Origin: Gonapodya sp. JEL0774
Lineage: Eukaryota
Direction: 5' to 3'
NCBI GenBank assembly: GCA_027604505.1
Contig: JADIIX010000059.1
Coordinates: forward strand, 116,278 to 136,277
Length of the DNA: 20,000 nucleotides
In this document: in pieces, positions 10,701 to 20,000 of the stretch
Layout: each line of letters opens with the position of its first letter
How positions within the stretch are numbered: the stretch's first letter is position 1
Translations under genes and position numbers: made by a program
Notes under the pieces: generated by a model
Databases searched by the model: none
What the model was told of the DNA's origin: nothing
What the model saw: the letters and a program-made list of their open reading frames with translations, nothing else

Positions 10701-11105
10701 GAGTGTGCGATGGAACGACTCAAATCGGCTGATAAACGAACAAGGCAACCTGGCACGAACCTGAGTGAAGTAAAATTAAAGTTTATGAACTGGATTGTCG
10801 TTATTCTGCCACCCTCGCATTCCACAAAGTTCTGGCTTTTGAGGGAGTAAATCATGAGTGCAAATTCTCCATCACACCCCTTCATTGTTGAATAGGACGT
10901 ACTAGTATCCATCGGCCGTTGAATCAGGTCCACTTGAATACAAAAAGTTACAGCAGTCTGTCGCAGCGGAAGCTGGAGTGATTGCGACGTTTGAGGCCCG
11001 CAAACCGGCGAGAATGGCGACACAGTCCGTGGGGGCCTGAGCTCGAACCAATGAGACCACCAGGGTCGCAGCAAGGAACAGAGCGGGAGCGACTCCGCGC
11101 ATCAT
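7789..11105 (-). CDS. LRR-TM-SH3 receptor-like protein, copy C (complete, 15 exons, ~723 aa)
   Basis: Exons 11105-10903, 10835-10761, 10679-10506, 10438-10370, 10311-10290, 10215-10100, 9985-9960, 9891-9851, 9775-9705, 9602-9420, 9316-9281, 9211-9167, 9082-8778, 8689-8171, 8075-7789. They sum to 2172 nt in frame. Exons 2-12 have the same lengths as in copy B (75,174,69,22,116,26,41,71,183,36,45). Signal peptide MMRGVAPALFLAATLVVSLVRA; same domain order; ends HGDVKGPGAPVGQY*. Confidence 0.9.
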
Positions 11106-11700
11106 CGCCTTCAAGGTTCAAGAAACAGTGGTCAACTTTGCAAAGTTGCCCTCAAATGCCAGGGGGAGAATTGGGTTCCTCATGTGGCGAGGGACCCTGA
11201 GCAACACTTAGTAGCAGAAAAACCACCTGTCCCATTTCCAACCAGCCGGAGTTTCAGATCCCCATGAGCGTTCAGATTAACAAAGAAATACAGCTTTCTT
11301 CTAACGCCTTATCCGGGGTGTGCGTGACATACAAGTACACATGTTTGGCGTGAACTATATAGTACTGGCTCCGGGATGACGCTTCGTGAAACTCATCTTG
11401 AATAGAAAATAGTTGTCGCACCTACGAATATTGCCCGCGAATCTCGAGTCTTCCAAGTGATGCGCTCTGGACTGTAAAATGGCTTCTGAGGGCAACCGCG
11501 CCACAAACTCAAATCTTCCCCCCATCGAATTCAAATCTTATGTCTGTGCTGTACGAGCAACACCATATATGTGCTGCGCCGAGTTGTGGATCGCAAAAGA
11601 TTCAATTTGGCACGGGTACCCTCACTCTCTTCCTGGTAACGTCTAGGTGTAGATTGCAAGTATTTGCATCATAAGATTATGATAAGCTAATTAAGGTGCT

Positions 11701-13133
11701 TCAACTTGAAGTTGGTGGAGGTGTGATCTAGAAAAGGACAGCTCCGCATCGACTAACAAAACATTGGTATCAGAATTGACCAGCCACTCACCAAATGAGC
11801 ATACGGCCATCCGTTCAACATGTTGCACCATCCTCCATCGACAACAACACCTTATTGATAAGAATATTGTATCAAGGAGTTCACAGAAGATTGTATACAA
11901 TGAAAGCGAACTCACTCTGCCCATTCACATATGTCAATGCCGGCAAGCACAGCACATAAGCGAGTTGCGCCACGTCTTCTGGTTCAGCAGCACGGCCACT
12001 AGGCACCTGCGTGCCCAGGGCAACGAACATATCGTCGGCCATTGAGGTTAGTGGAGTCCGAACGAGGCCCTTTACCCACAAAGAAAACCACAACGTTCGC
12101 ATGACATGAAGTGAGTCTCCAATCCTTGTACCGGATATTGCGACAAGAGACGAACTTACTGGACACAGTGCATTCACAGTGATCCCTTTTGGTCCAAGTT
12201 GCGCACACGCTGCCTTGGTAATGCCAAGTACACCGTGTTTGCTTGTGTCGTATCCCAAGCTGGCTGTCGTGTACAGACCGGCGGAAGAAGAGATGTTGAT
12301 GATACGAGATGTGGTGGTAAGGTTTGTCGCATGGTCGGAGCCTGCAGTGAGCGACGCTGCCGCGGAGCTAATCAGGTGAGGAGTGCAGGCTTTAATAAAT
12401 CGCATAGTGCCGTTGAGGTTAATCTGGAGTTTCAGTGGTCAAAAGTTGATCTCCATTGCGAAGCGGGAGAGACTCGACCGTCACCTACATCCAGGGTCCC
12501 GTCATAATTTTTGAAAAATGTCTCGTCATCACTATGGATGTTGTATGGCCCTGTGATTGCTCCCACTCCGGCTTTGCAAAAGAGAATGTCAGAGGTCCGT
12601 CCGGGTCATTGGTTGTCCACCTCTGCCACCCTTACCAGAGTTGATCAGAATATCAATTTGTCCGAAGTGCGCGGCTACCTAGGGAAGAATCGATGTGACA
12701 GTGTTATCTAAGTACTGTAGCGATCTCCCCCAACAGTCATCACAAGAGCTGAATCGTTCAAGCTCACCTCTTCAACGACTGCTTTAACCCTTTCTCCATC
12801 CTTTACATCACAAACCCACCCTTTCACATTTGCCTCTCCGTGCACTTCACGAATCTCCGCCACGGCTTTATCCACTCTTTCGCTTCCAATGTCCACCACA
12901 GCCACCTTTGCTCCCGCATCTGCGAGAACGTGCGCGCAGGCGCGACCAATGCCGGATGCACCTCCTTAGCATGTTCGAAGCAATATATTTATGACGAGCA
13001 GTTTTTCGTTTGGAAATCAGTTCGGATCGGCCGCATAGTCATGGGTTACACAGAGCACCGTACCGGTCACGATCGCGACCCTGCCTTCAATAGATTGGCT
13101 CATCTTGGAGAGACGTCTGCGAGGAGCTGCCAT
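11701..13133 (-). CDS. Classical short-chain dehydrogenase/reductase (NAD(P)-binding Rossmann fold, FabG-like), ~298 aa
   Basis: Exons 13133-13064, 12964-12768, 12678-12636, 12571-12489, 12423-12160, 12069-11916, 11850-11792, 11727-11701 (897 nt). Motifs: GRVAIVTGGASGIG (TGxxxGIG), VVD (acidic residue suggests NAD), IDILINSAG, IINISS, catalytic YDTSK, GITVNALCPG and YVNGQSVVVDGG. The last micro-exon is less certain. Confidence 0.92.
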
Positions 13134-13462
13134 GGTGGAAACGAGAGGTGGATGGTTGTATGGAACGCAATTGATCGGTGCGGAATCGGCAGCGAGGAGC
13201 CGAATAGTTAGTCGGTGTTATGTTCACCCCACGGCACTCGTCTTTCGCTACTCTCAGCTTTTGTAAATGCTGTATAAAATGGAACTAATTTCCAATTAAA
13301 ATCTGTGATATGACGATAAAACAAAAAAGCTGTGGTATCCCTTGGTTTCATCTCAAGCTTGAAGATTTTCACTCCGATTCAAACTATACGTGTATACCAT
13401 ACCTGCGTGTTTCATTACCAAACCGTCACCGTCAAATACGCTGGATGCCGCCACAGCTTTAT

Positions 13463-16400
13463 TTACCAAAGCGGGGACCAAACTGCATAATCCCCTGGAA
13501 ACGTCAAGGCCACAAAGTCGGTCCTGACTGTCCTTGACTCCTTCCGTGAGTGGCCGTGTCCTTTCCCCGTTCTCTTCGATGTCCCCTCTCTCAATTCTCC
13601 CCCATGCGTCGAACCAGGCTCCCCGACTCTCGACGGCCGGCCCACGTTCACCGCCCCGCGGGACTGAGAACTGCTCCCTGTCGGATCTTCCTCGTCGTCC
13701 CCCTCCCCGACCACTTCTGAGGACCCCCTCCCGCCAGACGTGCCCACCCCGAGTAGCCGCTCCACCAACCTCGCCACCGCGCTCCCGCCTGACCCCACAG
13801 TCTCTGTAAACAAGTCCTCGTACCCTTTGTGTCCCATCACTGTTCTGCTGGGACCCCCAGGCGTCCCTGCGGACGAATCCAAACTCGTAATCGCACTCGA
13901 TGCTGCCTCCCCGTATCCCTCCAGTCCTTGCTCCAAGTCTAAATCTCCATTGAGGTACAGCGGGTCCACCCTGTACGGCGTGACGGTACTGCGCGGAAGT
14001 TTTCCTCGTGCCCATTCCGACGTCGTAGGGGGTTGGTGGGCAGGGTAAGCGGAACTGGAAGAAACGTTGAAGGAAGATGAGGTGTTGCGAGGATTGGTGG
14101 CTGGGTGGAGTAGAACGTTATTTGTGAAACATCCGACATAAATACAGCTGCAGCTTACTTTGCCCATCGCTACGGATGTACGTGTACACTCACCTCCTTC
14201 AACCCCACCAATTCCACCACTTGGACGTGTCCCCGCACCCCATTCAACCAGTTCTTTATCCACCCCAACCACCACCCTCACCACCCCTCCGACCACTTCC
14301 ACCCAGTCCCCGTCTCCATTCACCAGCTTGCCCCCGCTACCGCCGTCACTCGTGGCTTCTCCAGCCCCGACCACCGTCCCTCCAAACCCCTCCACGTCCA
14401 CCCCACTTCCAGTCCCGGCACGCACACCAGGTCCACTTCCGTTCACATGCACACTCATGCTCCCATCCAGCCTCACCACCCACCTCGTTGGCGCCCTACT
14501 TTCTAGTACACGCGCCCGCCATGCCTGCGCGACCTGGCTCACCACGATCCGCCTGGCATAATGCCATGCCGCCGTAACCGGCACGGGGAACCGCCGATCT
14601 ACTCGGACTGCGCGGTCAGCGGGAGGAGGAGGTTTGCCTGCGGTCGCCGAAGAATGCGGGTACAGGGCAGGGAGGCGGAACGCCAGTATGCGAGAAGAGG
14701 AGTCTTGGTCGGCGAGGACGAGGGAGACAAGCAAGTGTCGCTCCGTGTGCGGGTCAGGGGAGACATGGGTGAGCGGGGATATGGGCAGAATGGGTGGTTC
14801 GGCGGTTGAAGAGACGGTGGACGACATGGATGAGGATGAGGCGGCTGCGGCGGCAGCGGCTGCGGCTGCAGATGCACGGCGACTGTGCCGGCCTGCATGC
14901 ATCGGGAACCGCGCGACTTGGGACGCGGAGATATGAATGAGCCGGGTCACCGGGGGTCGCCGGAGACGGCCATGCCCTCTACCCGCGTCTTCTTCTTTGT
15001 CGGTATCGGACTCGGACCTATCACCATCGTCGTAGCTCGACTCCGCATCTGCGAGGGCCAGCTCAAAGTCTCGGTGGGTGAGGTGGACCTGCGGTGACGC
15101 TGCCGGCGCAAGCGCGGCCGTTGACGCAGTCGCAGAAGCAGGCGCAACCGGGGACGCGGAGGACACTTGCCCGCGTTTCGCAGCGCGAGTCAATGCCGGG
15201 TGGAGGAGATTCACCGCCACCACATCGATGGCCGCGTACCCCGCCGTGTGGTCCACCGTCGCGGACCCTGCCTTCCACGGCTCCCCCCGAACGATAAGAA
15301 CGTGGTCGGGCAAGGTGTGGAGGAAAAAGTGCTCCTGCGAGACGTGGAGGCGGGCGATAAAGACGGGCACTGGAGTGGCCGTGGCGGCTGCCAAACTGGC
15401 CTTGCCGGGCGCGATGGCCCCACCACCGGTCGCGCCCGTGCGGAACACGCCCACCTCTGCGTCCCCTCCGCGGCCCCAACGGCGGACCACGGCGAGCCAC
15501 TTCCCGCATGGGGAGAGTTGGGCGCGGTGGATCTGCTCGAAGAGGCCTATGAGGGAGCTGGAGATCGGTGGTGTTTGGGAGGGGGACGCGAACGGGGATG
15601 TGAGGGATGTGGAGATGGGCGGGGTTTGGGACGTGAGTGGGGATTGGAATGATGGTGGTGCCGGGGAGGGGGATGGTGAGAAGGATGTGGATGTGGACGT
15701 GGACGTGGACGCGGCAGAGGCCGTGGAGGCTGCTCTGGTGGACCTCGACGACGAGTCCAAGGACGCGACAAAGAGTGCCATTGACGGGAGTAACGGCGAG
15801 AACGACACATGGTTCGACAAGAGCATGTAGGGCGACGGAGCCGCCCCTTGCGGTGGGAACGTGAACGAAGTGGGCGGGGAGGGCACTGGGAACCCTGGGA
15901 ACGCCGGCGGGCGGGCTGGGGGCACCGTGATCTGGACCAGGTCGGTTCCGTCGACGAAGCAGGAGAAGAGGCGGTTGTCGGTGGAGCGGTAGAAGATGCG
16001 GAGGCCGCAGGGGGAGAAGAAGATGCGGGGGTCGGTGGGCGGGGGGAGGGGCGCGTGGAGGGGTGGGCGGCGGGGGCGACCGTGGGCGGTGGTGGTGGTC
16101 GTGGACGCCCGGCGGGACAGGTGTGGGGACGCGGACAAGAGTGTCGAGTTCCCTTCCCTGACCACGCCGTCGGATCCAGTCGCGCCCCCGCCATCCTCCT
16201 CCTCACCCTGTCCGTCTTCCTGCCCGAGCGCCGGTCCAGACCCCACCCCCACCCCCGCCCCCCCCGCCCCCTCCATCCCCTCGGTGCCCCCGAGACCTCC
16301 CGCCCGCACCACACTCCTCACGGCGGCCGTTCTGGGCTCGATGAGGAATATGGACCCGTCGCGGACCGAGGAGATGAGCAGGGCCCGGCGGGACGTGGCG

Positions 16401-16654
16401 CGGAGGCGTTCGCGGCGGAGGAAAGCGAGCTTGTAAAGGGAGGCGGGGGCGGGGGCGGTGTGCAGGTTGGGGGGCGGGTGTGTGGAGGTGGAGGTGGTGG
16501 TGGTGGACGGGACCGGCAACGCGGCACCGTGGTCGAGTTGTGGACCGGGCGGGGTCGTGTTCGTGTTCGTGTTCCCGCCCACCGCCGGCGCCAAGGACGA
16601 CAAGACCGAGGACGCGGCCGAGGATAGGGCGGAGGACGCGGCGAGGGCGATCAT
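13463..16654 (-). CDS. Large low-complexity protein with TolB/PD40-like beta-propeller motifs; probable in-frame intron at 14193-14101
   Basis: 1063-codon open frame. Ordered islands IFFSPCGLRIFYRSTDNRLFSCFVDGTDLVQIT, AQLSPCGKWLAVV and terminal GDYAVWSPLW* resemble the [FW]SPDG blade motif of TolB/WD40-like propellers, separated by S/T/P/A/G-rich inserts. The start codon is uncertain because the frame stays open upstream to about 16960. Confidence 0.62.
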   Translation of the reverse strand: MIALAASSALSSAASSVLSSLAPAVGGNTNTNTTPPGPQLDHGAALPVPSTTTTSTSTHPPPNLHTAPAPASLYKLAFLRRERLRATSRRALLISSVRDGSIFLIEPRTAAVRSVVRAGGLGGTEGMEGAGGAGVGVGSGPALGQEDGQGEEEDGGGATGSDGVVREGNSTLLSASPHLSRRASTTTTTAHGRPRRPPLHAPLPPPTDPRIFFSPCGLRIFYRSTDNRLFSCFVDGTDLVQITVPPARPPAFPGFPVPSPPTSFTFPPQGAAPSPYMLLSNHVSFSPLLPSMALFVASLDSSSRSTRAASTASAASTSTSTSTSFSPSPSPAPPSFQSPLTSQTPPISTSLTSPFASPSQTPPISSSLIGLFEQIHRAQLSPCGKWLAVVRRWGRGGDAEVGVFRTGATGGGAIAPGKASLAAATATPVPVFIARLHVSQEHFFLHTLPDHVLIVRGEPWKAGSATVDHTAGYAAIDVVAVNLLHPALTRAAKRGQVSSASPVAPASATASTAALAPAASPQVHLTHRDFELALADAESSYDDGDRSESDTDKEEDAGRGHGRLRRPPVTRLIHISASQVARFPMHAGRHSRRASAAAAAAAAAASSSSMSSTVSSTAEPPILPISPLTHVSPDPHTERHLLVSLVLADQDSSSRILAFRLPALYPHSSATAGKPPPPADRAVRVDRRFPVPVTAAWHYARRIVVSQVAQAWRARVLESRAPTRWVVRLDGSMSVHVNGSGPGVRAGTGSGVDVEGFGGTVVGAGEATSDGGSGGKLVNGDGDWVEVVGGVVRVVVGVDKELVEWGAGTRPSGGIGGVEGGECTRTSVAMGKVSCSCIYVGCFTNNVLLHPATNPRNTSSSFNVSSSSAYPAHQPPTTSEWARGKLPRSTVTPYRVDPLYLNGDLDLEQGLEGYGEAASSAITSLDSSAGTPGGPSRTVMGHKGYEDLFTETVGSGGSAVARLVERLLGVGTSGGRGSSEVVGEGDDEEDPTGSSSQSRGAVNVGRPSRVGEPGSTHGGELREGTSKRTGKGHGHSRKESRTVRTDFVALTFPGDYAVWSPLW

Positions 16655-16669
16655 GGCTGAGATGGACGG

Positions 16670-16900
16670 GGTGCGGCGGGAGCGGGGCGGGGTGGGGGTG
16701 GGCGGGGGAGGGTCGGCGGGGTCGGCGGGGGAGGTGAAGGGGGTGGACGTGGAGGGGGGGAAAGAGGACGGGGACGGGGAGGCGGAGCGGCGGGCGTGGT
16801 GGGGGCGGGAGTGGGATTGGCGGTGGGGTGGTGGGGCTGGAGGGGCGGTGAGGGGGAGGTGGGAGGGCGGGGGGCGGCCGGGGGCGGGAGGAGGTTGGGG
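16670..16900. repeat. G-run low-complexity tract (similar tracts at about 17880-18075 and 19915-19990)
   Basis: Dense G3-G6 runs with short spacers on the + strand, which accounts for the many overlapping spurious ORFs. Confidence 0.7.
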
Positions 16901-16955
16901 TACACAATAGAGGTGTTGTAACCATCCGCGATGCGATGCGCCAGAACCGACGGGG

Positions 16956-18005
16956 TCAGGTCAGGACACCCAAAGCGAAATTAAGGCCCCCCAAGCAAGC
17001 AGGCGGGACACCCCAACTCCACTCCCACCGGTACCGGCACCGCAGCCACGCGCCGCAATACAGTCGCACGGGTGGGGTGGCATGTTGGCATGGTTCGCAG
17101 AGTTCAGGTCCGCTTGTTGAGCAAATATCCCGATACTCGCGCTGGGTAAGGGGGCCACGTGCGGCGGGGTCTTGTCCCATCCCCACAACCCACGTCCACA
17201 CCCACCCCCACCACTCGGTTCCCCCGTTCCCCCCCCCCGTTCCACCCCCAGTCCCAGTCCCCGCGTCGCAGTTCCCCGACCGCAACGAACCGAGCTCACC
17301 TTGACCGTGACCTTGCCCTGTCCCGATCGGACCTGGTGGGGACCCGTTTGTCGGTGCGAGGGAGGGGGTGGGAGGGGATGGGGACAGGGTGGACGGGGTT
17401 GGGAGGGAGTTGGAGTTTGGGGCGGGGGCGGGGGCGGGGGCGACAGCTGTGAGGGGGAGGGTGGCGGGAGCGGGAGGGGGATCCCCGTGGACATGGACAT
17501 GTCCACGAGAGGGACGGGGGCCACGATTGCCAAGGGGAAGGGTCCCGCCCTCTCCCACTCCCACTCCCACTCCACCACGGCCGGGTGCACCCGACCCGCC
17601 CGCGCCAGCGCCGTTCCCTGTCCGGCCCGTCCCACCCCCACCCCCACCCGCACCCCCCAACCCACCCCCGTTGGCCTCTCCGCCCCCTGTGGCCCCCGTT
17701 CCCGGCCCACCCCCATCCCACCCCCACCCCCACCCAACCTCCCTCCCCACCACGTCCAACAGCCTGGGCACGGTCTGGGCGGCCCACAAGTCGGGGTACA
17801 GACCCTCGGCCACGGCGTTCCAGGCGCGGGAGACTTTGAGGAAGGAGGCGAGCGAGGGGGGGTGGGCGGTGGCGGCGCGGAGGAGGATGAGGCGGAGGAG
17901 TTCGGGGGGGAGGGGGGGTGTGCGGGGGCGGGGGCGGGCGGGGCGGGGAGGGGGGGGGGAGGACCAAGGGGGCCAGGGGGAGTTGTTGGTGGGGGTGGGA
18001 GACAT
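16956..18005 (-). CDS. F-box-like domain protein (boundaries uncertain)
   Basis: Inside ORF 16956-18287, PPLPPELLRLILLRAA...LASFLKVSRAWNAVA..LYPDLW fits the F-box consensus LPxELLxxI...L..VSrxW. ATG 18005 is a plausible start. The remainder is G/P-rich with a CEPC motif near the end, and splicing at either end is unresolved. Confidence 0.55.
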   Translation of the reverse strand: MSPTPTNNSPWPPWSSPPPPRPARPRPRTPPLPPELLRLILLRAATAHPPSLASFLKVSRAWNAVAEGLYPDLWAAQTVPRLLDVVGREVGWGWGWDGGGPGTGATGGGEANGGGLGGAGGGGGGTGRTGNGAGAGGSGAPGRGGVGVGVGEGGTLPLGNRGPRPSRGHVHVHGDPPPAPATLPLTAVAPAPAPAPNSNSLPTPSTLSPSPPTPSLAPTNGSPPGPIGTGQGHGQGELGSLRSGNCDAGTGTGGGTGGGNGGTEWWGWVWTWVVGMGQDPAARGPLTQREYRDICSTSGPELCEPCQHATPPVRLYCGAWLRCRYRWEWSWGVPPACLGGLNFALGVLT

Positions 18006-19295
18006 GGGGGGCTGGTGTGTGGGGAGTGGTGTGTGTGGGGTAGGTGGAATGGGTGTGTGGGGTGACTGGGGGACACCATCGTGTGGTGGGTAGGAAATTG
18101 GCCAACTTCCCCCCCCATTTCCCCCATCCCCCATTTCCGGTACTCGGGTACGGCGCCCCCGCAAACCGCAAACCGCGACTTCATCGTGTCGCTCGACAGC
18201 TCCCGCGTCCACGACGGTCACCAGATCGAGTCCTTCCCCGCGCCCGCGTTCCGTTCCTGTCTCCCGACAGACGCTCCCGGCTCTCACCAGACAACCCCTC
18301 TGCCTGCCCCATCACCATCGCCCAGGGCTTGCCCGTGTCCCCGCTTCCAGTTTTCCTCCGGGGACGCAGGTTCAGCACCCCCACCCCACCACACCAACAC
18401 CAACCCACCAACACCCCGAGCCGCTCACCTTTTTTCACTTGTGTCCACGCTTTTTTGCCCTTTTCCCCTCCTTTGTTCGAGCTCGCACTGGTGCCGTCCT
18501 CGGCTCTTTGGTTGTTTGGTCCTCTTGTTTCAATTTACACACGAAGCATCCAGGATCGGCCGGTCGGCTCAACCTGTCCACCCGCGCGGACCAACCCCAT
18601 TCCACCTCTTGTCCAGACAGACACATCAAGAATAAGAAAATAGCAACGGAAAGCTTCCATTATTACGCACCCTATTACATCAATAGTACATAGTACCTTC
18701 AGCATTTCTCCGTTCTCTGGTGTCTGCGGGGGTTTGACCAAGTCTCTTGACATAATGGGGACAAAAGTAGCAATAAGGAACGAAATTCGAAAATACAGTA
18801 AATTTATCCAGTCGTTTTTGGCAATTGCGCTCGGGATGCAAGGTATGAAGCTGTGCCACCCGCTGTGCCACGGCGCCGGGCTGTTGCCCGCACTCATCCA
18901 TCACCCAGTCACCCAGTGCTGTTGCCCCTTCACACACGGTCCCTTCCGTTGCATTTCACTGCGGCCACACCAAGGGACACGCATCGCAAACCCCCTTTTT
19001 TCCGCCACTCGCACACGCCTCCCACCAACCACATCACTCGGCCCCTCCCCACTCGCCGCCTCCCCCGCACTCCCCCTGACACCCTGTCTCCCACTCTCCT
19101 CCTCCCCTCTCCCAAATGGTGCGTCCCCTCCCCCCATCCCCCATCCCGCTCGCTCTGTCTCCCGCCAACCAACCAACCCCTCTCTTCTCTCCACCCGAGG
19201 GCCCCGCGCCCCCAGTGACCCCACCCCCCCCCCCCCCCCCACCCACACACGCAGGAACAAAGAGTCACCGAGCTCACAGGAGGGGGGGAGTGGTG

Positions 19296-19305
19296 NNNNN
19301 NNNNN
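19296..19305. other. Assembly gap (10 N)
   Basis: Run of n characters. It cuts off the 5' part of the dynein light chain gene, and the true gap size is unknown. Confidence 0.99.
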
Positions 19306-19885
19306 AACAAAACCCCGCTGAAGCATCCGTCGTCAAACTCATCGGTTCCCAGCCAGTCTTCCTCACTAAAATGGACGCCGGACTCTCGGTGCTCGTCAAT
19401 GTCGAGTGAGTTTTCACCCTTTGTTTGCCACCGTCGCGTCATGGACAGTCTGAGTTGGAGGTTTAGTGGGGTTTTGGAGACCGTGTCCCTCACCTCACGA
19501 ACAACTCACCTGCCGCCTCGGTCCTTGTCCCCCCTGTGCCCCGTCCTCTCTTCTCCCCTTGTCCCCCTCCCGTTCCCCACCACCTTGCGCCCTCCATTCC
19601 CCGTCCCCCTTTTCCCCACCTCCCTCAAGACAACTCTCCCTCTCCACCAACATGCTCGACAAAATATCCAGCCTACAAGGCCTCACCAAACTCCGCATCC
19701 TCTCCCTCGGCCGCAACATGATCAAGAAGATCGAGGCCCTCGAGCCCGTCGCGGACACTTTGGAGGAGCTCTGGATCTCTTACAACTCCATCGAACGCTT
19801 GAGCGGCGTCGAAATGTGCAAGAAACTCAAGGTGCTCTACGCATCCAACAACAAGATCAAGGCCATGGACGGCGTGGCTGCCATC
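19306..19885 (+). CDS. DNAL1: Axonemal outer-arm dynein light chain 1 (LC1, SDS22-type LRR), partial
   Basis: Exon from the gap edge to 19405 ([33 protein letters not shown]), intron 19406-19629 (GTGAGT..AG), exon 19630-19885 ([77 protein letters not shown]), then donor [27 protein letters not shown] and [11 protein letters not shown] are hallmark LC1/DNAL1 strings. The gene continues beyond the window. Confidence 0.93.
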
Positions 19886-20000
19886 GTGAGTCGTGGGAGC
19901 GGTGTGAAGGCGCGGGCGGGGGGGGGGGCGGGGGGGGGGGCCAGGGGGACGGTGGGGGTGGGGGCCGGGGTAGGGCGGGGGGAGGGTGTGAAATTGGGAG

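Noticed and set aside
11701..13133. SDR as a functional part of the receptor system
   Set aside because: An ordinary, widespread enzyme family; adjacency is the only link.
15680..15712. Short hexamer repeats (GGA(T/C)GT)n, and (GTGTTC)n near 16555-16574
   Set aside because: Coding microsatellites giving ST and NT runs. There are no spacers, so this is neither a CRISPR array nor a mobile element end.
14160..18643. Numerous long overlapping Pro/Gly/Arg-rich ORFs on both strands
   Set aside because: Expected from stop-codon scarcity in very GC-rich low-complexity DNA. Only frames with F-box or SPxG motifs were kept.
18696..18753. Possible minus-strand first exon MSRDLVKPPQTPENGEMLK followed by GT
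   Set aside because: The nearest plausible acceptor leads quickly to a stop, and I could not link it to the F-box ORF.
18734..19295. 195-aa plus-strand ORF as the N-terminus of DNAL1
   Set aside because: It has no resemblance to the LC1 N-terminus and is mostly C-rich low complexity. The true first exon is probably in the gap.

Overview
Intron-rich eukaryotic genomic DNA. It is most likely from a zoosporic (flagellated) fungus, inferred from short GT-AG introns, fungal-style TM/SH3 proteins and an axonemal dynein light chain 1 gene. The left 11 kb holds three paralogous, heavily spliced genes that the ORF track breaks into fragments: copy A (+, 5'-truncated, ends 1933), copy B (+, 2947-6362, 16 exons, ~707 aa) and copy C (-, 11105-7789, 15 exons, ~723 aa). 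Spliced by hand, the complete copies B and C encode a signal peptide, a Cys N-cap, ~11 plant-type extracellular LRRs, a Cys C-cap, a Ser/Thr stalk, a Gly-rich TM helix, a Tyr/Pro/Gln-rich linker, an SH3 domain, a SHOCT-like helix pair and a conserved HGDVKGPGxP tail; the visible part of A matches from the last LRRs onward. This is a kinase-less 'LRR-TM-SH3' receptor architecture. An intronless TM-SH3 gene with almost no ectodomain and a basic RT loop lies inside the cluster and is a candidate adaptor/co-receptor. To the right are an 8-exon short-chain dehydrogenase, then a GC-rich block with a large low-complexity protein carrying TolB/PD40-like motifs, an F-box-like ORF, a 10-N gap and a partial DNAL1/LC1 gene. 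All gene models are manual predictions from splice signals, frame continuity and paralog comparison; no database searches were run.
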